From the NCBI GenBank assembly GCA_050084985.1, contig JBITNC010000002.1, positions 2,294,001 to 2,358,000 on the forward strand: a DNA stretch of 64,000 bases. The letters are read 5' to 3'. Position 1 is the stretch's first letter. Every line of letters starts with the position of its first letter. The translations under genes and the position numbers were made by a program. The notes under the pieces were generated by a model. The model saw only the letters and a list, made by a program, of their open reading frames with translations. It had not been told where the DNA came from and searched no databases. This DNA is from Nageia nagi (Eukaryota; Plantae; Pinophyta). Shown here in pieces: positions 27,701-37,926 of the stretch.

Positions 27701-30700
27701 TTGCCTTCAACATTGATTTTCCCTTCACAACCAAGGTGTGGTTCATCCTTTCTGCAACTCCATTTTGTTGAAGCATATATGGCATTGAAAGTTGCCTGTT
27801 AATAGCTTCTTGTTTGGAAAATGTAGTAAAGGCTTTTGAGGTAAATTCATGTCCATTGTTAGTCCTGAAAATTTTGTTCTTATTGTTTTCATTCTTAGAT
27901 TCTGGGTTGAATTATTTGAATGCATCAAAAGTTTGAGATTTGTATTCGAGAAAATAAATCCAAGTATGCCTTGAGAAATCATCTATGAATGTGATGAAAT
28001 ACTTTGCGGCACCAAGAGATGTAGTTCTAATAGGGCCACATAGGTAAGCGTGTACCAACTCTAGCTTTGATTTGGCTCTCCAAGTTTTATCTTTTTTGAA
28101 CTTGTCTCTATGTTGCTTGCCTTTATGCAAGCTTCACACAAGCATTTATTTGTTGCGATCTTTGGTAGTCCATGCACTATATTCAACCTGCTCATGTCGT
28201 TAAGATTGGAATAGTTCAATGACCTAGGTGTTTGTGCCAAAATTGGTCTTTTTATAATCCTTTGGAAATCATTCTTCACTACGAGTGACAAGTTTATATA
28301 AGCTAGATGCCTCTTTGCCTACACCAATTACATTATTGACTATCTTGTATCATACACTTGTCTTTTCTAAGTAGGATTTTCATGTTTTGTTGACTTATTT
28401 GTCTAATTGAAATCAAATTTTTCTTCATGCTAGGTTCACACAAAACATCATTGATGTAAGTCTTCTTACCATTAGGCATTTTGATGGAAGCACAATTCAT
28501 AGCAAAATAGCAAATTCCAATTTAAAACTTATTACTTCAAACTTAGATAAATTCCCAAAAGTACCAAATGATGACCTTACTTATGCAAAATATTTAAATT
28601 ATTCAAATAATTGCTGAAATACTCATAAAATTAGGACGATCATGCAAGTGCTCAAAATAAGGAAATTAGGGCAAAATACACCATGTGTCCAACTCATGCA
28701 TAAATATTCCAAAATTAAGGTGAATCAATGAGATAAAATTATGCGATAAATACCAATATTTCCGAAAGACTTAGATGAACCAAGAATGGACCTCAAAGAG
28801 CTCAAAAATGTCTCTAAGGAGGTGATGCCTCACCAGGGAGCTATGACACCACAATGAATATTTCGAAAATGCACCAAATGGTCTCCTTGAAGTTGATATC
28901 TCACTTCCTAGGGCAAGGATGGAATTCAGGATCCACTCTTCACTTTCGAAACTAGGCAACTGAGGTAGATCTTCACTCGAATTGCATTAGGGCTATATGA
29001 GGCAAATTTTCTGAATATATGAGGCGCTAGGGCGTATTCCACTAAGAGGGGTTTCGTCCGCAAGATGGGGTTTCTCCTAAAGGGTTTTGCCTCCACAAGA
29101 GGATGTGAAGTTGTGCGCTCCACCAAAGTGGGTTTGATAAAAGATAGATGATAGATATACTCCAGTGATGCTTCCTTCTCCTTTTATAGAGAGCAAGGAG
29201 ATGCATTATTCTAATTTTTGGTTGGCCTACCCAACCCAGTAATAAAATCACTCCTAGAAATAATAATTAACCTTCCTAGTTGGGCGTCCACCCTTGAGGG
29301 GTCAAATTAGATCAAGTTGCAAATATGGCTCATGCACAATGATAAATCATAAATAACTCCTAATTTAACTTAAAATCACTCTAACACCCCCAGAAGAGGG
29401 ACATCCACCTTGGGATGCTTAATTTAATGCATTTTTGCATCCAAGATTGAGGCGCTCATCATCATAGGGTCAAATTCATATTTTATTGTGTCCCACCAAG
29501 ACCAGCCTATTACAAAAATATTAAAATATTCCTAATTGCTAGAAAAATACAATGAAGAGGAGTGTCCCACTTAATTTGGCATGTAATAATGGAATGCCTT
29601 AATTATGGAATATTACAAGCTAGATGCCTCTTTGCCTACACCAATTACATTATTGCCTAACTTGTATCATACATTTTGTCTTTCTAAACAAGATTTTCAT
29701 GTTTTGTTGACTTATTTGTCGAATTGAAATCAAATATTTCTTCATGCTAGGTTCACACAAAACATCACTGATGTAAGTATTCTTACCATTAGGCATTTTG
29801 ATGGAATCTTTGCCAATTCCTTTCACTTGCAACATTGAGTTGTTGCTAAAGGTGGCATTTCCTTCTTCCATTGCTTGGATGTCATGAAGCCAATCTTCTT
29901 TTCCTTTCATGTGCCTTGTAGCAGTAGAGTTAATGTACCACATTTGGGCATCATCATTATGTTTTGACTCGTATGCAACACAAATTTGTGGCCATCTTGT
30001 TTGGATGCATAATGGCCACCTTGCTTCTTTTGATTATTACTTTTCCTTTTTTTATGACCCTTCTTGCCACAATAAAAACATGTGACAACCTTCTGCTGTT
30101 GAGGCTATATTTGGTTGTGATGCTCTTCGATCATTTTCACAAAAAACTTTTTTGCTTTAAGTTATTTAACTTTTGCTGCATAAGCTCTAGAAGAATCTTC
30201 TTCTTCATTGTTCATGTTGCAACATATGCCCTCTAATTCTGTGACGTCCTATTTGGGTCAATGATAAATTGTATCATGGCCACTTTGTTTTCTAGTCTGT
30301 GTTCATGTTCATGTTGTAATTGTGTAACTCAAGCAAGAGCTTGTGGTCTGCGGACCCCACTGTGAGCCAAGCAATGGGATGTCTCTCCTTGAGTAGTGAT
30401 GTGGTGTAATGTGATGGGTTATCCCGGATTGTGGGAATCCTTAGGTAGGTATGTGTCATGTATGTTCAAGGTGCACAGAGGAGCTTGCCAGCGTTGGGAG
30501 GACCCCACATACCCCACGTTGGATCATGAGACTTTACAGACCCCCACGTCAGGCCAGAAGGCCATTTGGACCCCACGTCAGCCTTGAGGGCCTTTATGAT
30601 CTCCACGTTGGCATACTAGGCCAATAGGACCCCCACGTTGGCATACTGGGCCAATATGACCCCCACGTTGGCACTATTGACTTGTTGACCCCAACGTTGG

Positions 30701-33700
30701 ATTAGAAATGGCTTGGGGTGTATCAAGGCATAACCTGTGTACATGAGAGACTATATATTGAAGATTAAGCCCCATTATGAGGTTACCACTTATCATATAC
30801 TTTCTATACTAGTCTCGATCAGGCAACAAAGTCTTTGCAATGCTGAGCAACTATTCCTAGATGACGTTTAGAGGAGTGGCAGGGTTGGGATCCTGACATT
30901 CTACGGCTTAGGTGGGTCACCTAGCCCATCCGGTGGAATTTCGAGAACGAGCTTCTACCGTTAGTGGTTGCCAGGATTCGAGGAGACTTCTTTGCAGGGA
31001 GGGATTCAGATTGTTGAGGAAGTCAGTCTAATCCTATTGTTTGGTTTGGCTTGTTAAGGGTTTGGAACCCTAGATCTGTTGTTGTACCTCCATTGTATAT
31101 TCATTGTCTCTCGTAATAAAAGACAATTCATTGTGCCCCTTGTGATTGTGTTGTTCCATTATGTGTTCCATGTGTTAGATATACTGGTGTGGGAAGCTTC
31201 ATACTTGTCTTGTATTGCATTCGTTAGTGCTATTGTGTTGTGCATTGTTGTTGTTAGGCATCCGTAGGGTTTGCAAGGTGTTGGAGGAGCCCTAGGGGAT
31301 GATGTCAACATTTGGTGGCACTCGTTTGGTGTTGTGTGTTGTTCGGAAGGCCTAGGAGGCCCACATTGGAGTGTTGAGGGGTTTGTGTGCCCTAGAGGGC
31401 AATCGTGGGATTGTGCTTGCATTGTGGTGTGGCCGTTGGGTGTTTGAGGGTTGCAAAAACCCTAGCATTGTTTGTTTTTGATTGAGGGTAATTTTGGATC
31501 CTCACAACTTCATCGAATGTGAGGTACCAAGGTGATTGTCTCACCTAGTGACTTCAACTAGTTTGTGATGCCTTTTATGGATTGCACGTGTTCTACTATG
31601 TTACCACTTAACTTCAAACTGTAAAGTTGTTGCCTTAATGATAGAGCATGAGCTTCATTCTTGTGCTTAGATAGTCATGATGGAGTCCTATGCTCCTTTT
31701 GCAGGTAGTGACATTTTCCATATTCTCAATAATGCCTTTACATATTGACAGGTTAATCAAGGTAAGGGTGACATGTTTTGTGTCATATTCAACTTTTGCT
31801 ATGACATCTGTTTGATTGCTTACTATAGTGCCTTCAACATGGCTCCACAAATCATGAAATATCATCAAATTCTTCTTTAGATGCTTCTATATCTTGAATC
31901 TTTTAGCTTCAAGAAGCTTTTCGGTTAGTGCATTCAACAAAGTGCTTTGATTTGCCATTTGACGCTTGATTTGTAACAATACAAGGGGACTACAAGATGT
32001 GGGGTCCACAAAACAATTGTGGGGTCCACAAAACTATTGTGGGATCACTAAGGCAATTTAACAACTATGGGACTCGAAAATATTTTATGCAAGAAATCCT
32101 TACAATATGTAAGTGCAAAGTGTGCCTCAACGAAGATGGTAGTGCTTGCCCAAGATGATGTAGAGGAAGAAGTGAAGTTGAAAAATAGTGAAGCCAAAAA
32201 TGATGGTATTGTGGAGGCCATGAAGCAACGATGTGGTGGATCAAAGAGATGGATGGGCCCGAAGGGCTTCCTCTATTGGAGCAAGTCAAAAGGTTGCAGA
32301 CACACATGATAGAGTTTGTGTGTTTCGCTTTCGTTTCATTACATACAAAAAGTACAACAACTTGAAAAAAGCAAAATCTAGTAGTTCAAAACCATTGGAT
32401 TTCAAAGTCGAATGCGATTTTGGTCTCAAAAAAGGTGGATAATGGAGTCAATTCTTCCTGGTAGTGTATGAATAATGGTGCTCCAGTCGTCGGAAGGAGG
32501 GCTTTGATTTTGGTGCACAAGCTTCACTACATGATCAACAGAGCTTAAGCAAATAGCTCAAACAACAAACATATCTTCTGTACAAGTAGGGTGTGTTGGG
32601 CTGCCTTAGCTTTAGATTGAAAAGTTACTCCACCGTCAATGAAGTCCTTGCAATTTTTCACTAGATTAAATATGTGAATCAAGTGCAAGGAGGCATTTGT
32701 GATTCAAGGCCTATGCTTAGATATTTAGTGAGGGGTGTCGTCATAATTGACACGATCATTGCGTTGGCTCATGATCAACATCTTCATAGACTGCAAAATG
32801 AAATGACCATCCTCCTTGACAAATCGCATGTATGATGCATTGCTTGCACAAAGAGATGAAAGAGTGGTGAAAACGAGGCATTGATACCAATTGATGCAAT
32901 TAAGAGAGCAGAAAACAATTATTGACAATAGCATACTAAAAAAAAGAATGATGCAGAATTGGTCTGAACTCAAAGCATATGTGAATTGCTCACATTGGAT
33001 TTATTAATACATGGAGACAAAGGCTGTATATATAACCTTGTTCAAGCTTTAATTAAAACACACCTAATGTGCTTGATCAGCACCTAAACCCTCTTAGTTG
33101 GTTGGGTGCATTCAATACAGGCTTGACCTTGGATTTGTGCACATGGCAATAGAATAGTCTATATGTGAACAGTAATAGACAGCTACTATAAGAAAATATT
33201 ACAATATAATATTTTAACATTTAAGAAGTGGAAGGCCATGGTGGACGAGATGGGGGCTGTAAAAAATTGGAGTGAGTAAAGTGGTAAATTTTGTTCAAAA
33301 GAGTTGATGAAGTTTTGTGAAGACCATGGCATTGAAAGAGTTCATGAGCATGGTAGGCAGCATGATACATTATATATGTTCAGGTTTTGAGTATTGGATT
33401 GACATAGTTGTTGCGGCAACATATATTCAAAATCTGCGTCCAGCAAGTGCAAATGAGGACAAGACTTCCTTTGAGATGTCTTGTTATAGGAAGCCCAAGG
33501 TTGGGAACATGAAGGTTTTTGGCTGTTTGGCATATGCTTATCTTTAGGACAAGTTAAGGAAAAAGATTGAGCCAAATAATATTCCATGTGTGTTTGTTGG
33601 GTATTCAAAGGCAAGCAAAGAATACCAAGTTTACAATTCAAAGACCAAAACGTTCATTGGATCTAGAGATGGGATCTTTGATAACAAGGGAGTATATATA

Positions 33701-36442
33701 ACAAGTTTGTTGAAAGCTTGTGAGTGTTGGAGAGATAAATGGGGTTTTGGATCAGCCTCTCCAAATACACCACTATTACCATCATTCTCAAATGGCATAA
33801 GTGGCACCTATTCTTCATGTGAAGATGATTATGATAGTGACAATAGTGATGATGCTCCAATCGGCAAGTCTGAAAGCATTGCTAGTGGTAAGAATTTTTT
33901 CAAAAATTGTCCATTCAGCAAGGATGATGAGGTTGAAAAGGAAATTCAATTCTCTTCCATATCATGGTTGGTGGTCTTATCTTCTTTACTCCTTCAATAT
34001 TGGATATTGCATATTTGATGAGTTTAGTGAGTGTGCTTATGGCTGGTTCTTCAAAGCTTCATGTGCGGGCAGCAAAGAGGATACTGAGGTATGGGAAAGG
34101 TAATTTGGAGTTTGGGGTGAATTATTCTTATGGCTTTGATTTTGGATTGATAGGATTCACGAATTATGATAGGTGAGGCAGTTTTAGATAATTAGAAATT
34201 AACTTCTGGCAACAATTTCTCACTTGGCTATATTTTGATCACTTGGAGCAGAAGCACGTTTTTAATGCAGGCAGAGCCTGTGGCAGCTACAGTGGTGGTG
34301 GCTCAGTTGCTATGGTCTAGGAAATATTATGTGATTTAGCAGAGGAGTTGTTGACAACCATTACATTTTTTTTGTGACAACCAAAGTGCAAACAAATCAC
34401 ATGGAATCCTGACCAACATGGGAGTTCCAAGCACATTGATCTTTGGTTTTATTTTATAAGAGGTCTGATACAAATAGGTGATGTGGATTTACAATTTTAC
34501 AATACCATTAATCAACTTGTAGATATCTTCTTTAAGGGTGTGGAGATGAAGCAATACTGTAAGTTTACAGGACAAATTGATGACATTCTTGGTGGTCACA
34601 GGGAAGAGTGAAGGGTTAACTATATAATTCAGACAGCAAACAATATCAAGAGGACTTGATTTGTGACGTTTGGGGGACTTTCAATGACTTAAGAGAAGTT
34701 GTGGGAGGTCGCAGAGGTGTAGTGGCACATGTCATTGTTGAGTTTTGGCAAGATCTGAGTGAGGTATCCGTTACCTACCCCCACTTGAAAGGATTAATAG
34801 CTCAAGGTTTCTGTCTTGAAATGTATATACTTTGTGACAAAATTGTGGAATGATCTAGTCAAGTAGAGATGCAACTGTTAACCCACCTTTTTTATAGGCA
34901 TCTGGAGTATGTTTCTAGCTTTTCAAGCTGGTTTCCGAAAAACAAGAAAATATTGTCACAAGTGTAGCATTGGCTGAATCGTTATTTTTTCTCCGGTTTC
35001 TTAAGCTCTTTCATCGATTCTATCAAGTCTAAATACAAACTACATTTCACGAATTGTAAAGAGACAAGAGTATAACGTTATCTGATCTTTTGGAGATCAC
35101 TTAATGGCGGAAGAAGATGGAAGATGTGAAAGGCCAAGTTTGAATGAAAGAAACACTTCTAACTGACATAAGAAAGAAACATGTTAAGAATACATACACT
35201 TTGAATGCAAAATATAAAAAGAATAGTAACTCAAAACACTTCAAAAGATATTCAATCAACTTCTTTAAAACTCTAAGTTCTCAAAAGAAAGGAACTCAAA
35301 TGCTTATGAAAATGAATTTAACACATGCCATTCATATTCCCAAAAAAATGACGACTTGTTTCTTGACATTGCTCTTCATAAGCATGCTCCTCCTAGCTCT
35401 AACTATTCTACTTTTACTGCTACTACTCTACTCTCTTTTCTACCCTAATTTAGGTTTACAAAGGATTAGCAAGATTAACTTTATGCATCTAGTAGTAACT
35501 AATAAATATGTATGTAAAGCCTTTAGGTTAATACATGGTTGTATAAGGTTTGAAGTTCTTGGTGACAATTATTAATCTGGCGTTAAGCTTTCATGTCTAC
35601 TATTGTCTAATGTGTCTGTAACCTCCTGAAGTAAGTGTGTCCCAAATTTGAAGATACATAATATTAAAGTACAAAGCCTACTGGTTCTTACATGCTATGT
35701 CTTGTAGGTTCAATATGTTAGGAATTATTACATCATGCGTATAGTGTTAAAACACGTCCTTAACAAAATGCATTTGATTTCGTACAAGTAAAGGGTGATA
35801 GTTAAATGTATTCATGTTATGTGCAAACTGAAAAGTGTTATCTTTGTTAACGTGCAGCACCTCTGAAATTGAGTTTAAATTCTACATTTAAATTCTCTAT
35901 TCTTGATATTGTGCACAGCCTCTTCTACCACCAAAGCTGGCAGAATACCAGAGACTCAGATGCAGAGTATCTTTCCATGCACTTCGTTTTCGCCAAGAGA
36001 TTTGGGAACTTGGTAGTAGAATTGTGCAAAGGTAGTAATCACTATAGCAAAAACGTGTACTAAGCAACATCTCTCCTTTTGTAACCTTCTTGTTAGCTCA
36101 AATCCTTGTATAAGGATGACATGGCTGTTGTCACATGAGAATTATTTTTAGAAGTTGTATTTAACTATATTGTCCTTGACTTCATGGTTTTTCATCATTA
36201 CCAAGTCTAATTCTATTTTGATTTTGTAGACTGCAAGCTTCCGGAAGGCCATATCTGGCATATCACACTGGTTTAGTGAAAGATGCATTAGCATATCATG
36301 GCTGTGCAGAGCTTTTTCAGGTGATGTCTGTTTTTTTTCACAATATTCTCTTCAAGATAATCCACAAATGATCATTGAATTGGAGTTTGTATTCACAAGG
36401 AAATTGAGAATGACTGCTTGTCTTTGAGCTGGATACATACAT

Positions 36443-36493
<51 letters not shown>

Positions 36494-37926
36494 TGAAACA
36501 GTTTATTGTAGCAACTGTGCTTATTTTTGGATTAATATTCTCTTCATAATATAGCTTGTTGAGTTTAACAGGATGTCCACACAGAATTAATACAACACAG
36601 AAGATTGTGGATGATCAAGCATGGTCATGTCCAAGGAAATCTTAGTGTTGAATCAGAAGTACAACATCGCAGCGGTTTATGTCCCCTTATGCCCGAGGAG
36701 GTTAGATAACCACATGCTAGATATACATCAAACAATGTTGAATGGCTTTGTACTATACAAGCGAGGTTATATATGTTTATGCAATGACGCAACTTGCATG
36801 TCTCTTGCTGCAGATTGGTCTTCTTCTCCGAGCTATGGGGTATCCGCCTAACACGATAATATATGTATCAGGCGGAGAAGTATTTGGTGGGCAGCGAGTA
36901 CTGATTCCGCTTCGTGCAATGTTCAACAATCTTGTGGATAGATCATCTCTCTGCACTGAGAAAGAGTTGTCAGTAATGTATGGGCCAGAAGAGCTATTGC
37001 TTACTCCACCTCCTCCACCCCCACCTTTAGATAGTGAGAAAATTAGGTTCGCAGCTTGGGAAAAAGCTGGCCCGCGCCCTAGGCCTAAGGCACCACCTGC
37101 AGCCAGGCCAAAGTATCCTCATGAAATAGAAGGTTGGTGGGGTTGGGTGGCTGAAACTGATAAAGAGCCTGAGCCAACTCCTTTTGACTTGAGAATTAGA
37201 GCTCATAAGCTTCTTTGGGAAGCTTTGGATTACATTGTCTGTGTGGAAGCAGATGCATTTTTTCCTGGATTTGATCGTGATGGATATGGTCGGCCGGATT
37301 TTGCAAGCTTGGTGATGGGGCATCGCCTTTATGAATCAGCTTCTCTCAAAACCTACCATCCTGACAGGTAAACAGTAATTTACTGAACTGCTTTTACAGT
37401 ATTTGATATGAATGTTTGTTCTGTTGTGATATGCTTTTGAATCTTTGATGTACGTAATCACAGGAAAGTCATTGTCAATCTTCTGGATGATATTAGGGAT
37501 CACCTTTACAAACCAAATCATACTTGGTTAGTTTCTGTTCGGGAACATATTAATAGGAGCACTCATGAAAATGGACTTATAACTATGTCTCAAAATGCAA
37601 AACCTCTTTCTTTTCTTTCTCATCCTCTGCCTGAGTGTGCCTGTCGAACATCTAAAGTGGTTGGGGCTGAAGCTCATAATTTGAGTTCAATAAAAGACCC
37701 TGAGGGCCGGCTATTATATGGAGGTGAGGACATTTGTCCTGAATGGATGAACCATGGAATCATCTCTCCGGGAGAAAAGGAAGGGGACGAGGAGGATGAT
37801 TCTGATGAAGATGAGGAGAATTCAGGGCAGGTCATTCAGGAGAATGAAAGTAATTCAGAAGGAAGTAGCAAAACGGAAGATAATCAACCAGCAGAACAGG
37901 AAGAAGATATAGATTTAGACGATTAA
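9597..37926 (+). CDS. EDA30: O-fucosyltransferase-family (GT106) protein, EDA30/OFUT27-like; 10 coding exons, 2013-nt CDS, about 670 aa
   Basis: Spliced by hand: 9597-9770, 9895-9979, 18714-18784, 18873-18961, 19099-19342, 35919-36031, 36230-36320, 36572-36700, 36814-37367, 37464-37926. All introns GT..AG with matching phases and no stops. Recognisable motifs: MIFKSKIKW, LWGPVKSLETLQPFASPR, ICDVVAIARLLNATLVIPELQ, QRLRCRVSFHALRF, LAYHGCAELFQDVHTELIQ, CPLMPEE, FGGQRVLIPLRAMF, FLSHPLPEC, acidic C-terminus. Orthology to EDA30 versus its paralog is not resolved. Confidence 0.93.
9895..9979 (+). CDS. EDA30: exon 2
   Basis: ttgcag|ACT...TSHYRKLWGPVKSLETLQPFASPRGSYP...CCAG|gtatga. Confidence 0.92.
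11447..12337 (-). mobile_element. Probable solo LTR in intron 2
   Basis: Right end ...TCTAACA followed by ATATT; ATATT also at 11442-11446 (left TG decayed). Minus-strand TATA ctatataagagg; LTR-like ccggaaaactcc...aaaccc block. Left boundary uncertain. Confidence 0.5.
13265..13359. repeat. 36-bp tandem repeat, about 2.6 copies
   Basis: aagaatatcatatggcaacacactaagaatgaattg at 13265, 13301 and 13337. Confidence 0.9.
16412..17597. mobile_element. Non-autonomous TIR DNA transposon (hAT-like ends) carrying a host gene fragment
   Basis: TIR CTATGTTGC...GCAACATAG, subterminal aaatttg motifs, degenerate TSD (atttacatc / taatacatc). Confidence 0.6.
17085..17475 (+). pseudogene. Phospholipase A1 (lipase class 3, DAD1/DGL-like PLA1-I) N-terminal fragment with frameshift and stop
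   Basis: RWRVWQGWNNWHGILEPVHLNLQREFLKYGE ... KITIYLFSILAINLPNFLEQLDEIVPWSKDFI*MAYVVACIDKEVQWLGRQDFMVAWRGT matches the remembered PLA1-I consensus W..W.GLLDPL...LRREI..YGE / WS..SNWMGYVAV....LGRRDIVVAWRGT. Confidence 0.85.
18714..18784 (+). CDS. EDA30: exon 3
   Basis: aacag|CT...(A)PSWHNSGFIFVKIQGGFQEIRTS|gtaact. Confidence 0.92.
18873..18961 (+). CDS. EDA30: exon 4
   Basis: ggcag|ICDVVAIARLLNATLVIPELQETTSTKRI AG|gttggc. Confidence 0.93.
19099..19342 (+). CDS. EDA30: exon 5
   Basis: ggcag|C SKFKSFGYLYNEEQF...GGGCLQ|gtaata. Confidence 0.93.
21458..21873. repeat. Local tandem duplication (about 245-bp unit; second copy internally deleted)
   Basis: gtaggc.gaatcttggatcaggtaaatcaa...gatgattctcacatgctattcaaa occurs twice. 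Confidence 0.85.
22490..23290 (-). mobile_element. Ty1/copia fragment (integrase C-terminus to RT N-terminus), same family as copia A
   Basis: SKDVIFDE; GIDNVKTFALV...WKIHQMDVKSAFLKG; linker similar to 33670-33900. Confidence 0.8.
23440..24654 (-). mobile_element. Solo LTR (1215 bp) inserted in copia A
   Basis: TGTAACGATCC...GGGATGTTACA; TSD gagct/aagct; related to 30240-31506 in opposite orientation. Absolute strand is inferred. Confidence 0.82.
28490..29617 (-). mobile_element. One-ended LTR fragment inside copia B, flanked by a 189-bp direct duplication
   Basis: Right end ggaatattaca (TGTAATATTCC on minus); minus-strand TATA ctctataaaagg; 28301-28489 is repeated at 29618-29806. Confidence 0.75.
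30240..31506 (+). mobile_element. Solo LTR (1267 bp) inserted in copia B gag
   Basis: TGTGACGTCC...GGATCCTCACA; TSD aattc/acttc; internal about 30-bp ggacccccacgttgg repeats (30500-30700); gag reads through when removed. Absolute strand is inferred. Confidence 0.83.
34954..35567. mobile_element. Probable solo LTR (614 bp) inside the copia A 3' LTR
   Basis: TGTCAC...GTGACA; TSD aatat/attat. Confidence 0.55.
35919..36031 (+). CDS. EDA30: exon 6
   Basis: cacag|PLLPPKLAEYQRLRCRVSFHALRFRQEIWELGSRIVQ AG|gtagta (not in the ORF track). Confidence 0.93.
36230..36320 (+). CDS. EDA30: exon 7
   Basis: tgtag|A LQASGRPYLAYHTGLVKDALAYHGCAELFQ|gtgatg. Confidence 0.93.
36433..36491. repeat. (TACA)n(TA)n microsatellite in intron 7
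   Basis: direct inspection. Confidence 0.97.
36572..36700 (+). CDS. EDA30: exon 8
   Basis: aacag|DVHTELIQHRRLWMIK...GLCPLMPEE|gttaga. Confidence 0.93.
36814..37367 (+). CDS. EDA30: exon 9
   Basis: tgcag|IGLLLRAMGYPP...KTYHPD AG|gtaaac. Confidence 0.95.
37464..37926 (+). CDS. EDA30: exon 10 (to stop)
   Basis: cacag|G KVIVNLLDDIRD...FLSHPLPECACR...EEDIDLDD TAA. Confidence 0.95.

Larger units (their letters stand above)
24913..33219 (-). mobile_element. Copia B, structurally complete but decayed; LTRs 24913-25248 and 32892-33219
   Basis: Paired TG..CA LTRs, perfect TSD TTTAA, Met-type PBS (gatacca at 32883-32889), gag, protease (WYINSTATRHM), integrase (LELVHAYLCGP), RT (MTDLGLLHY, YRQ-type QLVGSLIYL), RNase H. 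Confidence 0.93.
23290..35593 (+). mobile_element. Copia A (5'-truncated host of the intron-5 nest): pre-integrase, integrase, partial RT/RNase H, 3' LTR 34609-35593
   Basis: GCVLGKHAR..LELVHIDCCGP; reading frame rejoins across the copia B insertion as AFDIF|KKWKAMV; VFGCLAY, FVGYS, KRILRY, KHIDLWFYFIR; PPT agggaagag; LTR ends TGAAGGGTTAAC / GTTAAGCTTTCA. Confidence 0.82.

Noticed and set aside
30500-30700. Regular gacccc-acgttgg repeats as a CRISPR-like array
   Set aside because: Degenerate tandem repeat internal to a TSD-bounded solo LTR; the intervening parts are homologous to each other.
35144-35575. 143-aa ORF with a hydrophobic stretch as a membrane-protein gene
   Set aside because: Lies within an LTR-like segment; low-complexity ctact repeats explain the Leu run.
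36742-36813. ORF-track N-terminus of the 209-aa ORF as coding
   Set aside because: It is intron 8 read-through; homology starts at the AG acceptor before 36814.
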